A stretch of 38,383 nucleotides of DNA, from positions 1-38,383 of the IMG/VR virus record IMGVR_UViG_2711768032_000008. The stretch is one strand, 5' to 3'. Origin of the DNA: a virus. Its lineage: Duplodnaviria; Heunggongvirae; Uroviricota; Caudoviricetes. A program made the translations under genes and the position numbers. The number at the start of each line of letters is the position of its first letter. The first letter of the stretch is position 1. Of the stretch, positions 1-10,014 are shown one piece after another. The notes beneath the pieces are model-generated. The model searched no databases, was not told where the DNA came from, and saw nothing but the letters and a program-made list of their open reading frames with translations.

Positions 1-483
1 ATGACGAAGAAAAAAGCACATAAACCTGGTTCAGCGACCATCGCGCTTAACAAGCGCGCCCGTCACGAATACTTTATCGAAGAAGAGTTCGAAGCGGGAC
101 TTGCCCTGCAAGGCTGGGAGGTTAAATCCCTGCGCGCAGGAAAAGCCAATATCAGCGACAGCTACGTCCTTCTGCGTGACGGAGAGGCATTTCTGTTTGG
201 CGCTAACATCACGCCAATGGCCGTGGCCTCCACGCATGTGGTGTGCGATCCTACCCGTACCCGCAAGTTACTTCTCAACCAGCGCGAACTGGACTCATTG
301 TACGGTCGCGTCAATCGAGAAGGCTATACCGTAGTGGCGCTCTCCCTGTACTGGAAAAATGCCTGGTGCAAAGTGAAAATCGGCGTCGCCAAAGGTAAAA
401 AACAGCACGATAAACGTTCAGATATCAAAGAACGCGAATGGCAGGTGGATAAAGCACGTATCATGAAAAACGCCCACCGTTAA
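1..483 (+). CDS. smpB: SsrA-binding protein SmpB
   Basis: 160-aa ORF; translation reads as enterobacterial SmpB from memory; lies directly upstream of the tmRNA gene as in E. coli. Confidence 0.95.
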
Positions 484-697
484 ACCTGCACTCCAATTAT
501 TGACCAGTTCCTCACCGCGCCTCCCTCTCCGGCGGCGCGAATCAACATCTTATTGGCTATCACATCCGACACAAATGTTGCCATCCCATTGCTTAATCGA
601 ATAAAAATCAGGCTACATGGGTGCTAAATCTTTAACGATAACGCCATTGAGGCTGGTCATGGCGCTCATAAATCTGGTATACTTACCTTTACACATT

Positions 698-1060
698 GGG
701 GCTGATTCTGGATTCGACGGGATTTGCGAAACCCAAGGTGCATGCCGAGGGGCGGTTGGCCTCGTAAAAAGCCGCAAAAAATAGTCGCAAACGACGAAAA
801 CTACGCTTTAGCAGCTTAATAACCTGCTTAGAGCCCTCTCTCCCTAGCCTCCGCTCTTAGGACGGGGATCAAGAGAGGTCAAACCCAAAAGAGATCGCGT
901 GGAAGCCCTGCCTGGGGTTGAAGCGTTAAAACTTAATCAGGCTAGTTTGTTAGTGGCGTGTCCGTCCGCAGCTGGCAAGCGAATGTAAAGACTGACTAAG
1001 CATGTAGTACCGAGGATGTAGGAATTTCGGACGCGGGTTCAACTCCCGCCAGCTCCACCA
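698..1060 (+). ncRNA. ssrA: tmRNA (SsrA), 363 nt
   Basis: Begins GGGGCTGATTCTGGATTCGACGGG and ends with tRNA-like GGTTCAACTCCCGCCAGCTCCACCA; internal tag reading frame GCA AAC GAC GAA AAC TAC GCT TTA GCA GCT TAA (ANDENYALAA) at 787-819. Confidence 0.95.
1016..1060 (+). repeat. attL core: 45-bp ssrA 3' end, one of two identical direct repeats
   Basis: ATGTAGGAATTTCGGACGCGGGTTCAACTCCCGCCAGCTCCACCA is present identically at 1016-1060 and 32402-32446. Confidence 0.85.
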
Positions 1061-1070
1061 AATAAAACAA

Positions 1071-1103
1071 GGGGTTACGTGAAAACGTAGCCCCTTTTTC
1101 TTT
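1071..1103 (+). terminator. Rho-independent terminator downstream of ssrA
   Basis: Hairpin GGGGTTACG / CGTAGCCCC (1071-1079 / 1086-1094) followed by TTTTTCTTT. Confidence 0.6.
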
Positions 1104-1157
1104 GGTAGTGGCGGCAAAATGGCGACAGCAGTTTAGGTCGTGGCGGCAAAAAGCAAT

Positions 1158-1177
1158 AAAAAACCCGCCGTAGCGGG
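1158..1177 (-). terminator. Rho-independent terminator of ogr
   Basis: On the minus strand, hairpin CCCGC-TACG-GCGGG followed by TTTTTT immediately after the ogr stop codon. Confidence 0.55.
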
Positions 1178-1393
1178 TCAGTAAGAAAGCTGTTGCTGCA
1201 TCCCTTTGGGATGCGGTGGTGCGGCGCTTATTTTCTCAGGACGGCAGACAGAACGAACAAAGGTTTCATGCGTTACGAACGTATGCCCACACTCAATATT
1301 AGTGCACTGGTTGTAACGCTCTTTGGTTTGAGTTGAGACTTGAAAACTACTGCGTGTGTGTGCGGCCTGACCACACAACGGACAATTCATCAT
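1178..1393 (-). CDS. ogr: Ogr/Delta-family zinc-finger late-gene activator
   Basis: 71 aa, MMNCPLCGQAAHTRSS...ERYNQCTNIECGHTF; Cys-x2-Cys...Cys-x4-Cys-His pattern as recalled for P2 Ogr; sits at the prophage end next to D. Confidence 0.85.
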   Translation of the reverse strand: MMNCPLCGQAAHTRSSFQVSTQTKERYNQCTNIECGHTFVTHETFVRSVCRPEKISAAPPHPKGMQQQLSY

Positions 1394-1461
1394 TTATCAA
1401 CTCTCCTCATTTGTGCTTTATCCGCAACAATGATACATCATTATTCAATATTGAGAACCAT

Positions 1462-2562
1462 TTATTCCATTTCGAGATCATCAATCTTCACTTCAAGCTC
1501 CATGCTGGTCGTAAATCCATTATCCGGGCTGACAGAATGCGTCAGGGTGGTAATGGTCCATTCTGCATCATCGATCGGCTGCTTAAACCCCGTCACCTTC
1601 ACCGGCATTTCCGTATAGAGATCAGCCCGCCCCTCAGCGAGCTGCAGGGAAAATGAAGCAACCCCGCGCTGCAGGCGTTCCCACTGCATTTTTGCTGCGC
1701 GCTCTGCATTGCTCCGATTGGCGTAGGTACGATTAAGAACCAGCACGTTTTCATCCGTTCCCACCAGATAATCGCCCTGTTTTGTTTCCGGCTCTTTGGG
1801 TGTGGTGGTTTTCTTTCGACGACGCTTAACACTGGTTGTCTCTTTTTTCCTGGGTTCACGCGTATGCAACCAGCTGGCAATAACACCGGTATAGGCACCA
1901 CGATCAGCAAGGGTGAACCGATGACCGTCACCGGCTTTGCGCGTGATGGTGATAACCGGCAGCGGCTTGCCGCTCGCCGTTCTTCCCTGTCCCTGCCGGA
2001 TAAACAGCAGATTCCCGTCCTTAACGGAAGCAATCGCCCCGTACTGTCTCGCCAGTTTCATCAGAAAACTTGCATCGCTTTCATTGGTCTGGTCCAGATG
2101 ATCCAGCGCCTTATCCGTCAGGTCTTTACCCAGCGCCATTTTGAGGTTATGCCGGGCGGCTATTTTCTTTACCACCTCCCCCACCGTTGTCTGATGCCAT
2201 GATTTTTCGCGCCGTGTATTGAGGGTTTCACGGAAATCTGCGCTACGCGCCCGGATGGTCAGCCGGTCAGGGGCACCGCTGTGTTCAATTTCATCCACAG
2301 TAAAAGCCCCTTTAGGGAAAAGCGGCTGGCCTTTCCAGCCCAGCGCCAGCTGAATCACTGCCCCACGTCGCGGCAGGGCGATCAGCCCGTCGGCGTCGTC
2401 CAGCTCCAGATCAAGCTGGTCCGCTTCAAAGCCCCGGTTATCCGTCAGCGTCAGACTCATCAGGCGGGTATCCAGCACGGTCGTCACGTCCTTACCTTCA
2501 ATGACGATACTGAAAGCAGGGCTTTTGCTGTTCAGATTCAGAAGATCAGAATTAACGTTCAC
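1462..2562 (-). CDS. D: Tail protein D (gpD-like)
   Basis: 366 aa; position between ogr and U; translation resembles P2 gpD from memory. Confidence 0.8.
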   Translation of the reverse strand: MNVNSDLLNLNSKSPAFSIVIEGKDVTTVLDTRLMSLTLTDNRGFEADQLDLELDDADGLIALPRRGAVIQLALGWKGQPLFPKGAFTVDEIEHSGAPDRLTIRARSADFRETLNTRREKSWHQTTVGEVVKKIAARHNLKMALGKDLTDKALDHLDQTNESDASFLMKLARQYGAIASVKDGNLLFIRQGQGRTASGKPLPVITITRKAGDGHRFTLADRGAYTGVIASWLHTREPRKKETTSVKRRRKKTTTPKEPETKQGDYLVGTDENVLVLNRTYANRSNAERAAKMQWERLQRGVASFSLQLAEGRADLYTEMPVKVTGFKQPIDDAEWTITTLTHSVSPDNGFTTSMELEVKIDDLEME

Positions 2563-3044
2563 TGCAGCAATCCTCCTACCGTGTTCTTAATCCCCCCAAT
2601 CGCAGAGGCAGCAGAGTCCTGCAGGTTGCTGAGCTGGTCACTCAGGCTCCCGAACATGTCAGACAGCGATTCATCAACCCGTTTGAGGGTGATCGTAAAC
2701 TCAATGCGCCTCGGCATTCCACTGGCAAAAAACTCCGTCTTTGTCTGGCTCAGACTTTCAATAACAAACATGCCGTAAATGGTTCCGCTGCCTTCAATCA
2801 AAGGCCAGGCTTTGCCCTGCTCTGCCATCAACTCCAGCGCCAGCAATGACAGCCTGCCTCCGGTCACTTCCGGCAGCAGAACCCCGGACAGTGTCAGTGA
2901 ATCGTTATCCGGGCCAAGAAACTGCGTTGACGGGCGGCGGTTCACCCGGCTGTTGGCTGCATGTCGCCAGCTGCGCTGATACTGCAGCTCCTGATAAGGG
3001 ACAGTGCGCAGCATAAATACATATAAACCCAGCACCATCATCAT
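2559..3044 (-). CDS. U: Tail protein U (gpU-like)
   Basis: 161 aa; 4-bp overlap with D and with T; P2 gene order T-U-D. Confidence 0.8.
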   Translation of the reverse strand: MMMVLGLYVFMLRTVPYQELQYQRSWRHAANSRVNRRPSTQFLGPDNDSLTLSGVLLPEVTGGRLSLLALELMAEQGKAWPLIEGSGTIYGMFVIESLSQTKTEFFASGMPRRIEFTITLKRVDESLSDMFGSLSDQLSNLQDSAASAIGGIKNTVGGLLQ

Positions 3045-5848
3045 GATTCATACCCCCCCTGATCGCTGAAATTGCTGCGCGCTTTTGCCCTGGCCCTGCG
3101 TTCCCGCTCGTCAAGCTGGCGTGCCACTTCACGGGCAATATCCTGCGCACTCTGTCCCGGCTGTGCAACGATATGAATGGGCGCATTTATCTCATAACGA
3201 ATAACTGACGGCGGGCTGTCTGCCTTAACAGGCTGCGTCTGGTATGCCCTCGCAGGCAGACTGAACGGATGAAACGGAGCTGCTTCTGCAGGTGTCGCAG
3301 CTACCCCCATCACGCCTGCAACGACAGAAGCCAGAGCGGCTGTTCGCCGTCTGCTGGTAACATTTGCGGGGCCATTCACAATTTCGGGGCCATTTTCTCC
3401 AACAATGCCAAACTGCCCGCGAGGAATGATCCCGCCCGTGTCGTACATCCCTGCGTAAGCCGGGAACCCACCGGGCGGCAGCACCACTTTGCCGTCACTG
3501 TTCACCGTGGCGGATTGCTGCTGCGTAACCTGCGCAGGCAGTTTCGCCTTCGCAGCCTCCTTACTGACAATACCGAGCTTTTCCAGCAGCCACGACACAC
3601 CGGATTTAAGTGATTCCAGCGGGTGCATCACCCTATTCAGACCTTCCGCCAGCGCCTCACCAAACCGGCGCCCCATTGCAGCTGCGCTGTTCAGTTCTTC
3701 AGAAGTGGATTTAACCGGCGTAAGCAAATCATTGAACCAGCCCCACAAGGCCTGCACCCTGTCACCCATCCACTGAAACATGGGCCTGAGCGGCTCAAAG
3801 GCGGCACTGATGGGCGCAGCAGCGGCTTTGAACCCTTCCACCACGCCCCCCAGAAATGCACTGATGGGCTGCCAGTATTTCCACACAACCAACGCCGCAC
3901 CAGCCAGCGCAGCCACAACCAGCCCTATCGGACTGAGCAGCGCACCCAGTAGTCCACTGATGGCAAACAGAGCAACGCGCAACAGCGCCAGCGGACCAGA
4001 AACCAGCAACCGCAACACACCCCCGGTACGTGTTACCGCCGCCGCTGCGGAAGGTAATGCCTTAGCTGCCAGCATCGACAACCCGAAACGGATCACTGCA
4101 ATTGGCCCCAGCACCGCAGCCACCGCCACGGCAAGCGTCCCCAGCCCGACAGCTATCACCGCCATGACCGCCGCCACTTTCATCAGCGTGCCCGCCAGCA
4201 CGGGGTTCTGCTCAACCCATCGACGCAGCGCCCCGGTCACGCCCTTAACCATGCCCATAATATCCATCAGCGGCTGGCGCAGCGTTTCCCCCAGGCTGCT
4301 GAAAGCGTTCTGCGCACCCGTCTTAACCAGCAACCACTGCGCAGACAATGAATCCTTGTTAATGTCGGATTCTTTCTGCATGGAGCCATTAGCACCACCG
4401 CCTGATGTGAGTTTCAGCTGACGCTGCAGCTCCGGCAGGTTGTTAGCCAGCTTTGCCGCATCATCGCCAAACTCTTTGCCAAAAAGCATCGTCATTGCAG
4501 ACAGGCGCTTGTCCTGCGGCAGATTGTTGACCTTCTCCAGAACCCGCCGAATGGTGCCCATGGCATCGGTGGTCATCTGCTTTTCAATCTCCGCCGGATT
4601 GAGTTTCAGCAGGCTCATACCTTCAAAGAAGCGCTTACTTTGCATGGTGGCAATGGACAGTTCACGCACCATGGCATTAGAGGCGCTGGCGGCAATTTCC
4701 GGGGCAGCCCCCAAAGAAAGGAATGTTGAACCCAGCGCAGCAGCCTTTCGGAAGTCAAGACGGTCAGCCACGCCCCCCATGCGCTGCAGGACGTTGATAA
4801 TGTCCCCGCCCTTTGACATGGCGTTATCGTCTAGGTAGTTCAGCGCATCGCCCAGCTGTTCAATATTGCGCGTCGGAACTTTATAGAGCTGCGCGATTTT
4901 CCCCAACCCTTCCGCCAGCTCATCGGCTGGCAGCTCAAAGGCCGTTGCAGCTTTTGCCGCCGTGGATGCAAAGGCCAGCAGGTCACGTTTCTGGTCCTCA
5001 AAGGGATCGTCCTGGCTGGTCACGCCCATGCGCGCGCCCCCCTCAACCAGCGCGGCATAGTCTATAGCGCCATTCTCCATGGGCAGCTGCTCACTGGCAG
5101 CCTTGATGGCATCCTGCATATCATAAAACTGTTTTGTACGGTTGCCGTTATCGTCACGCAGCCCGTTTACCTGCTTTGCCACGCCTTTCATGGCATCTTC
5201 CATACTGGCGTAGCTCTTAACTGCAGCCATAACCGGCGCGCCCATTGCCAGCCCCGCTGCCGTGGTGGTGGCCCCGGCTCCGGCAATGCGATCCCGAACC
5301 TCCAGACGGCGCGAATACTGATCACGAACCGCATTCATTCTCGCCTGCTGTTCACCCAGGCGTTTCAGGGATTTTTGCTGTCGCTCCAGTGCCAGTCGGG
5401 TTTCATCGGCGTTCTGCCGTAACTCACGCTGTGCGCTGCTCAGTTTCTTTGTATCAAGCCCTGCCTCATTCAGCGCAAGGCGCTGACGCTGCACTGACTG
5501 ACGCAGCCCGTTATATTTTCCCTGTAAATCGGTGACGCGATTTTTAGCCTGCTCAAGCAGCCTGGCCTGTGCAGCCGTCGGGCGGTTGGTCACAGTAAAC
5601 TGCGTGGCGAGTTTTGCCGCTTCTTCGCGGGCGGCTTTAAGGCTGTTACCTGTGACTGCCAGCTGCGCGCTGGCCTTACGGAAGCCATCAATTCTGCCCG
5701 CCTGAGAATCTAACTCTTTCAGTCGGGCGCGGCTTTGCTGAATGGCGGCAGCCAGCTCTTTTGAGCTGGCCTGCGCGGATCGAAATGGGCGGGTGAGCTT
5801 GTCAACCGCATTCAGAATCACCTGCAGACGCAGGTTAGTGTCACTCAT
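3041..5848 (-). CDS. T: Tail tape measure protein (gpT-like)
   Basis: 935 aa with coiled-coil N-terminal part and Ala/Gly-rich hydrophobic middle segment; start overlaps the E' stop (ATGAGTGA). Confidence 0.9.
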   Translation of the reverse strand: MSDTNLRLQVILNAVDKLTRPFRSAQASSKELAAAIQQSRARLKELDSQAGRIDGFRKASAQLAVTGNSLKAAREEAAKLATQFTVTNRPTAAQARLLEQAKNRVTDLQGKYNGLRQSVQRQRLALNEAGLDTKKLSSAQRELRQNADETRLALERQQKSLKRLGEQQARMNAVRDQYSRRLEVRDRIAGAGATTTAAGLAMGAPVMAAVKSYASMEDAMKGVAKQVNGLRDDNGNRTKQFYDMQDAIKAASEQLPMENGAIDYAALVEGGARMGVTSQDDPFEDQKRDLLAFASTAAKAATAFELPADELAEGLGKIAQLYKVPTRNIEQLGDALNYLDDNAMSKGGDIINVLQRMGGVADRLDFRKAAALGSTFLSLGAAPEIAASASNAMVRELSIATMQSKRFFEGMSLLKLNPAEIEKQMTTDAMGTIRRVLEKVNNLPQDKRLSAMTMLFGKEFGDDAAKLANNLPELQRQLKLTSGGGANGSMQKESDINKDSLSAQWLLVKTGAQNAFSSLGETLRQPLMDIMGMVKGVTGALRRWVEQNPVLAGTLMKVAAVMAVIAVGLGTLAVAVAAVLGPIAVIRFGLSMLAAKALPSAAAAVTRTGGVLRLLVSGPLALLRVALFAISGLLGALLSPIGLVVAALAGAALVVWKYWQPISAFLGGVVEGFKAAAAPISAAFEPLRPMFQWMGDRVQALWGWFNDLLTPVKSTSEELNSAAAMGRRFGEALAEGLNRVMHPLESLKSGVSWLLEKLGIVSKEAAKAKLPAQVTQQQSATVNSDGKVVLPPGGFPAYAGMYDTGGIIPRGQFGIVGENGPEIVNGPANVTSRRRTAALASVVAGVMGVAATPAEAAPFHPFSLPARAYQTQPVKADSPPSVIRYEINAPIHIVAQPGQSAQDIAREVARQLDERERRARAKARSNFSDQGGYES

Positions 5849-6277
5849 CGCTGGCCCCGCTTCTCTGAATCGCTTTATGCCGCCACTCCAGCACTTCGGT
5901 CAGCGGCATAACGTCAGTGACGGACGGCGGCCAGTGAAAAATGGTGGCGATATCAGCCACCAGGTCTTCTACCGTCAGGCTGTCGGCAAACCGGCAAGCA
6001 CCGATTTCTTCAACAAAAAAGTGACCACCTCAACCGACAGCGCGGTGAGATCGGCGGGGTCCATTTCAGCCATTTCCTGAGCGGTCAGCGCGGGCGTGGA
6101 GATGCGGGGAATAATCGTCATCATCGCGCCGACGTCCATATCCATGATCGCCTGCAGGCGGGTGCCGCGCAGCGCACCGGACTGAGGCTTACGCAGCACA
6201 ATTTCGGTGATTTGGGTTTTACCGCGCATGATGGGCGTATCCAGTTGTACGGTTTTTTCAGTCAGCTTGTCGTTCAT
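5841..6277 (-). CDS. E+E' product of programmed -1 frameshift (tail assembly chaperone)
   Basis: After TTTTTTG the -1 frame stays open (FFVEEIGACRFADSLTVEDLVADIATIFHWPPSVTDVMPLTEVLEWRHKAIQRSGASDE) to a TGA at 5841-5843 overlapping the T start codon. Confidence 0.7.
5975..6277 (-). CDS. E: Tail assembly chaperone E (gpE-like)
   Basis: 100 aa ending ...VVTFLLKKSVLAGLPTA; contains slippery T_TTT_TTG at 6014-6020 on the coding strand. Confidence 0.8.
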   Translation of the reverse strand: MNDKLTEKTVQLDTPIMRGKTQITEIVLRKPQSGALRGTRLQAIMDMDVGAMMTIIPRISTPALTAQEMAEMDPADLTALSVEVVTFLLKKSVLAGLPTA

Positions 6278-6331
6278 GTTCGTTTCCTGTTAATCAGATA
6301 CTGGCGCGGATCACCGCGCCGTTAAGTTAAA

Positions 6332-6847
6332 TCAGAGGCCAAGGGCGTTACGGTGCGCTTCCATCAGGTCCACGCCGTCAACGATTTCAATCATGTTGAC
6401 CACATCAACCTCATAGAGCACCTCGCCGTTAATGCTCAGCTTCGCGTAACTGTTGGTGCTGCTGACTTTGGTGGCGCTACTTTCTCCGGTTTTCCACTCG
6501 CCGGAATCCACCTCTTTATGACGCCCGCGCACAACCAGCTCAACGGCCTGCACTTCGCCAGTATCGTCACGCTGAATAGAGCCGGTAAAACGCAACTGGA
6601 TACCGTCCACCGTGGCAGCTCCCATCTGCTTGAATAACAGCAGTTCGGTGCCGCCGATTGAAAATTCCGTGTCCAGTGCGCCGTCATCCAGCCCCATGTC
6701 CACATCCACCGCGCCCGGCATACCGCCGCCGCGATACTTCTCAAACTTGCGGGTGAATTTCGGCAGGGTCAGAGACTCGACAATCCCCTGCCAGTTGTTC
6801 CCGTCGTTGAACAGGTTCAGGTGTTTTAACTTACGTGGTAAAGCCAT
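6332..6847 (-). CDS. FII: Tail tube protein FII
   Basis: 171 aa beginning MALPRKLKHLNLF; resembles P2 FII from memory; downstream of the sheath gene. Confidence 0.85.
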   Translation of the reverse strand: MALPRKLKHLNLFNDGNNWQGIVESLTLPKFTRKFEKYRGGGMPGAVDVDMGLDDGALDTEFSIGGTELLLFKQMGAATVDGIQLRFTGSIQRDDTGEVQAVELVVRGRHKEVDSGEWKTGESSATKVSSTNSYAKLSINGEVLYEVDVVNMIEIVDGVDLMEAHRNALGL

Positions 6848-6856
6848 GGTGTCCCC

Positions 6857-8029
6857 TTACGCGCTGACCTGGCTGGAGAAATCCAGCAGGTACTGATCGG
6901 TGATGCGCTGGCGCAGCATCAGGTTTTCAAGCGGCGGCACCGGCGTGTAGTCGTAGTCGATAGTGAGTTTCCCTGCTTTCAGGGAGTCTTTATCGTTCAC
7001 CGACTCATCCAGCCAGCAGTCTGCACCGATGATGTAGCCCTGCGTTTTCAGGCTGCGCAGCTTGGCGCGGATACCTTCGATAATGTCGCGGGCCAGTGAC
7101 GGATTCAGTGGTTTATCCACGGCCCACATATGCCCCTCTGCAATCGTGTCAGCCATCACCTGCGCCGTGCGGGTGTAGTTTTCAAACGCAAACAAGGGAT
7201 CGTCACTGAGGCAGCGGGAACCCCAGAAGCGGAACCCGTCTTTGCAGATCAGCGTGGTGACGTCATTCTGGTTCAACAGTCCCGCGTCCGTTGCCGGGTC
7301 CTGCAGGTCCCAGAACACATCAGCGGAAATGCCGGTGACGCCATTCACTCCCACGTTGGACAGGGTTTTGTGCCATCCGGTCTGTTCGTCGATTTTGGCG
7401 CGCAGACCGAGCGCACGGGCCGAGGCGTAAGCCGTGGCATCGGCTTTCAGAACGGTGTCAAAGTTGATGAAATCAGGCCAGATCAACATCCCCTCTCGCT
7501 GGCTGAAATTGTCCCGGTAAGCAATGGCTTCCTCCACCGTCTTGCAGCCATAGGCAGACAGGTAGGCAAACCCGCGCAGGCTCTGCGCAACACTCATCAG
7601 CTCAGTGGCTACCGCCTGCGTGTCATGCCCCGGCACACCGAGAATACGCGGCTTAACTTTCAGTTGCGACTGCGCAGAAAGCAGCGCTTTCATCCCCGTT
7701 TTTTTACCGTCAGATGTCACGCCACCGATAATATTGGAGGTGGTTTCCGCTTCGGTTTCGCCCTGCGCCACGCGCACAACAACCGTCACGGGTTTTGACT
7801 GGTCGGCAATAGCATCCAGCGAACGAGCCAGCGTGCCGGACTCGCCTGCTTTACCGCTGGCGGTCAGCACGTCGGTAAGCAGGACCGGCTTATTGAGGGG
7901 GAACACGGACGCATCAGCATCATCGCCGGTGCAGACCATGCCCACGATGGCGGTACTCACCGTGGTAATGGATCGGGTGCCCTCGTTGACTTCAACAACG
8001 CGCACACCGTGGTGGTAATCCTGAGCCAT
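6857..8029 (-). CDS. FI: Tail sheath protein FI
   Basis: Start chosen at [21 protein letters not shown] (tracked ORF extends upstream to 8134); resembles P2 FI from memory. Confidence 0.85.
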   Translation of the reverse strand: MAQDYHHGVRVVEVNEGTRSITTVSTAIVGMVCTGDDADASVFPLNKPVLLTDVLTASGKAGESGTLARSLDAIADQSKPVTVVVRVAQGETEAETTSNIIGGVTSDGKKTGMKALLSAQSQLKVKPRILGVPGHDTQAVATELMSVAQSLRGFAYLSAYGCKTVEEAIAYRDNFSQREGMLIWPDFINFDTVLKADATAYASARALGLRAKIDEQTGWHKTLSNVGVNGVTGISADVFWDLQDPATDAGLLNQNDVTTLICKDGFRFWGSRCLSDDPLFAFENYTRTAQVMADTIAEGHMWAVDKPLNPSLARDIIEGIRAKLRSLKTQGYIIGADCWLDESVNDKDSLKAGKLTIDYDYTPVPPLENLMLRQRITDQYLLDFSSQVSA

Positions 8030-8100
8030 AAGGCAATTCTCCGGTTTACAGGGATGCCTTATGTTCTGGTCGATAAGAGAATGATGCACGTGTTTCAGAA

Positions 8101-8118
8101 TGTACTGACTCTGGCACA
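8101..8118. promoter_or_regulatory. TGT-N12-ACA dyad upstream of FI (Ogr-type late promoter element, candidate P_F)
   Basis: TGTACTGACTCTGGCACA centred about 80 bp upstream of the FI start codon. Confidence 0.45.
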
Positions 8119-8488
8119 ATTTCTCTGTTTTCAACCAGATGGATTAGCCGGAAATTTCTTATACAGTGTGGAAATGCCTACATCAAAAAGTAGTGCCACG
8201 TGCTGACGCTTTCCCCCAGAAACAATTAATATCCCTCCCTGAGCCCTCTGTTTAGGTGTTAGCTTTGGCCTTAGTGTAGGGCTTCAAGTGATGTTGTTCG
8301 GCAACCAATTCAATGCTACTAGCATTGAGCTATGTGAGAAGGGACTACTTTTTCGATTTAATAAAATGTTAGTTTTAAATGTCGAGAGGCAAGGTAATAT
8401 TGGCAAAACAATATTTTTAACACAGCGTGTAAAAAATATTTTTATCTGGTAGAATCAGAATATTCTTAACCATACTTGGAAGCATTTT

Positions 8489-9556
8489 GTGAAGCTAACA
8501 AAAGAACAAAGTGATATTTTATATATCGTTAAAGGAATTGGGATTTTCACTGTTGTAATTGGTCATAGCTGGGGTATTCTTGTAAGTTTAACAAAACCTT
8601 ATTTTTACCATATGCCATTATTCTTTTTTATCGGTGGTTTTTTCCTGAGTGGTGAAGAACCAATTAAAGCCGCAACAAGAACCATCAAAAAAATCACCAC
8701 TTACTTAATAATAACATACATTATAATAGGGGTAGCATCAGAAATAATATCTTCCTTTTATGAAGTGGATTTTGGAACACCTTTTTCAACAGATACCATT
8801 AGAACCGTAGTTGCAACTTTAGAACATAATTTTCATAACAACGAATTATTTTTTGTCGGATGGTTTCTTTTTGCATATGCGCTGGCAAATATCACATCAG
8901 AAATAATACTATCATTACTATTGAAAATTAAAAACAATAGTTTAAAAAAAGCAGCACCTATTATCACTGCAATCATACTAGGTGTTGTATCCGTAAATTT
9001 CACAGCACATATTTATAAAAACTCCGAGTTGCAAATTTACAATCTAATCTCACAAGTGCTTTATGCCTCAATGTTTATGTTAATTGGATATTCCATCCGC
9101 AATATAGCGTTAAACTTTAAAAATAACATGTTATCTATCGTGTTATTCGCTTTAGTGGTGCTATTATATTTAACCGGCGTTGCAAAACAAATGATAATGT
9201 CATGGAGCACTTATCCGTCTGGTTTTATTATTTCAAGCATTGTAGCACTATCTTGTATTTTATTAATATTCTTTGCAGCTCAACATATAAACAAAACTGT
9301 TCTATCCGCCTTTTTTATTGATGCCGGAAAATACTCTAGAAACATAATGTCATACCACCTCTGCATATTTGTAATGTTAGACATATGTTTTTCAACCATA
9401 GGCTTATGGGATATGAAGAATACAAAAACGCTTTCTCACTATCAAAGTTCATATTCTCAACTCTTGTATCCTTTCATCGCAGCGGTAGTCCCATTATACA
9501 TAGCAAAAATATTATCGAGAGGGAAAAGCAAAATAATATCAATCACCTCTCAATAA
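8489..9556 (+). CDS. Acyltransferase family 3 integral membrane protein (OafA/Oac-like)
   Basis: 355 aa, about 10 hydrophobic segments, N-terminal ...GIGIFTVVIGHSWG motif typical of acyltransferase_3; AT-rich; GTG start; lies between tail fibre assembly and sheath genes (P2 Z/fun position). Confidence 0.7.
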   Translation: MKLTKEQSDILYIVKGIGIFTVVIGHSWGILVSLTKPYFYHMPLFFFIGGFFLSGEEPIKAATRTIKKITTYLIITYIIIGVASEIISSFYEVDFGTPFSTDTIRTVVATLEHNFHNNELFFVGWFLFAYALANITSEIILSLLLKIKNNSLKKAAPIITAIILGVVSVNFTAHIYKNSELQIYNLISQVLYASMFMLIGYSIRNIALNFKNNMLSIVLFALVVLLYLTGVAKQMIMSWSTYPSGFIISSIVALSCILLIFFAAQHINKTVLSAFFIDAGKYSRNIMSYHLCIFVMLDICFSTIGLWDMKNTKTLSHYQSSYSQLLYPFIAAVVPLYIAKILSRGKSKIISITSQ

Positions 9557-9574
9557 AAAAATTAAATATGTAAT

Positions 9575-10012
9575 CTAAAATTTTGGAGTGGTCGGCCAAT
9601 GAATGTTAGGTGCGCTAGAGGTATCTACCGCTTCAAGCGCATCTAAATAATCAATCCAATCGTTATACTGATTTTTCTCATCATTTGTCAAACGCGCCAT
9701 TGCTGCTTTACCAGGCCACTGCTTACTGTTCATAAAATAATTCGCTTGCTCAATCAGTTTATCTCTCTGGGCTTCAGCATACTCGATATGTTCTTCATGA
9801 GTAGGAGGAGGAGCGTCAACCCAACAGGGTAGATTATCCTTACTAACGCCTCTAATTTTCCCCTTTGGTGGAACGGATGTATACTCTTCAAATATCTTTT
9901 CGCTCACACTAATACCATCTTCTGGCCATTCACCAGAGATAATGTAGTTCTCTTTATATGCGATGTTGTAGAAAATATTTTCTGATGGGCTAAAAAAATA
10001 AATATCAATCAT
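9575..10012 (-). CDS. Tail fibre assembly protein (gpG/Tfa-like)
   Basis: 145 aa with Tfa-like motifs GEWPEDG, PPKGKIRG, WVDAPPPTHEE and C-terminal APNIHWPTTP; directly downstream of the tail fibre gene. Confidence 0.8.
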   Translation of the reverse strand: MIDIYFFSPSENIFYNIAYKENYIISGEWPEDGISVSEKIFEEYTSVPPKGKIRGVSKDNLPCWVDAPPPTHEEHIEYAEAQRDKLIEQANYFMNSKQWPGKAAMARLTNDEKNQYNDWIDYLDALEAVDTSSAPNIHWPTTPKF

Positions 10013-10014
10013 AA

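Noticed and set aside
1333-2033. Small ORFs overlapping ogr and D (1333-1656, 1340-1618, 1599-2033)
   Set aside because: Overlap better-supported genes on the opposite strand or in alternative frames; no RBS or motif support.
3269-5535. Multiple plus-strand ORFs (e.g. 3780-4421, 4440-4838) within the tape measure gene
   Set aside because: All antisense to T with Ala/Pro/Ser-rich low-complexity translations; no independent support.
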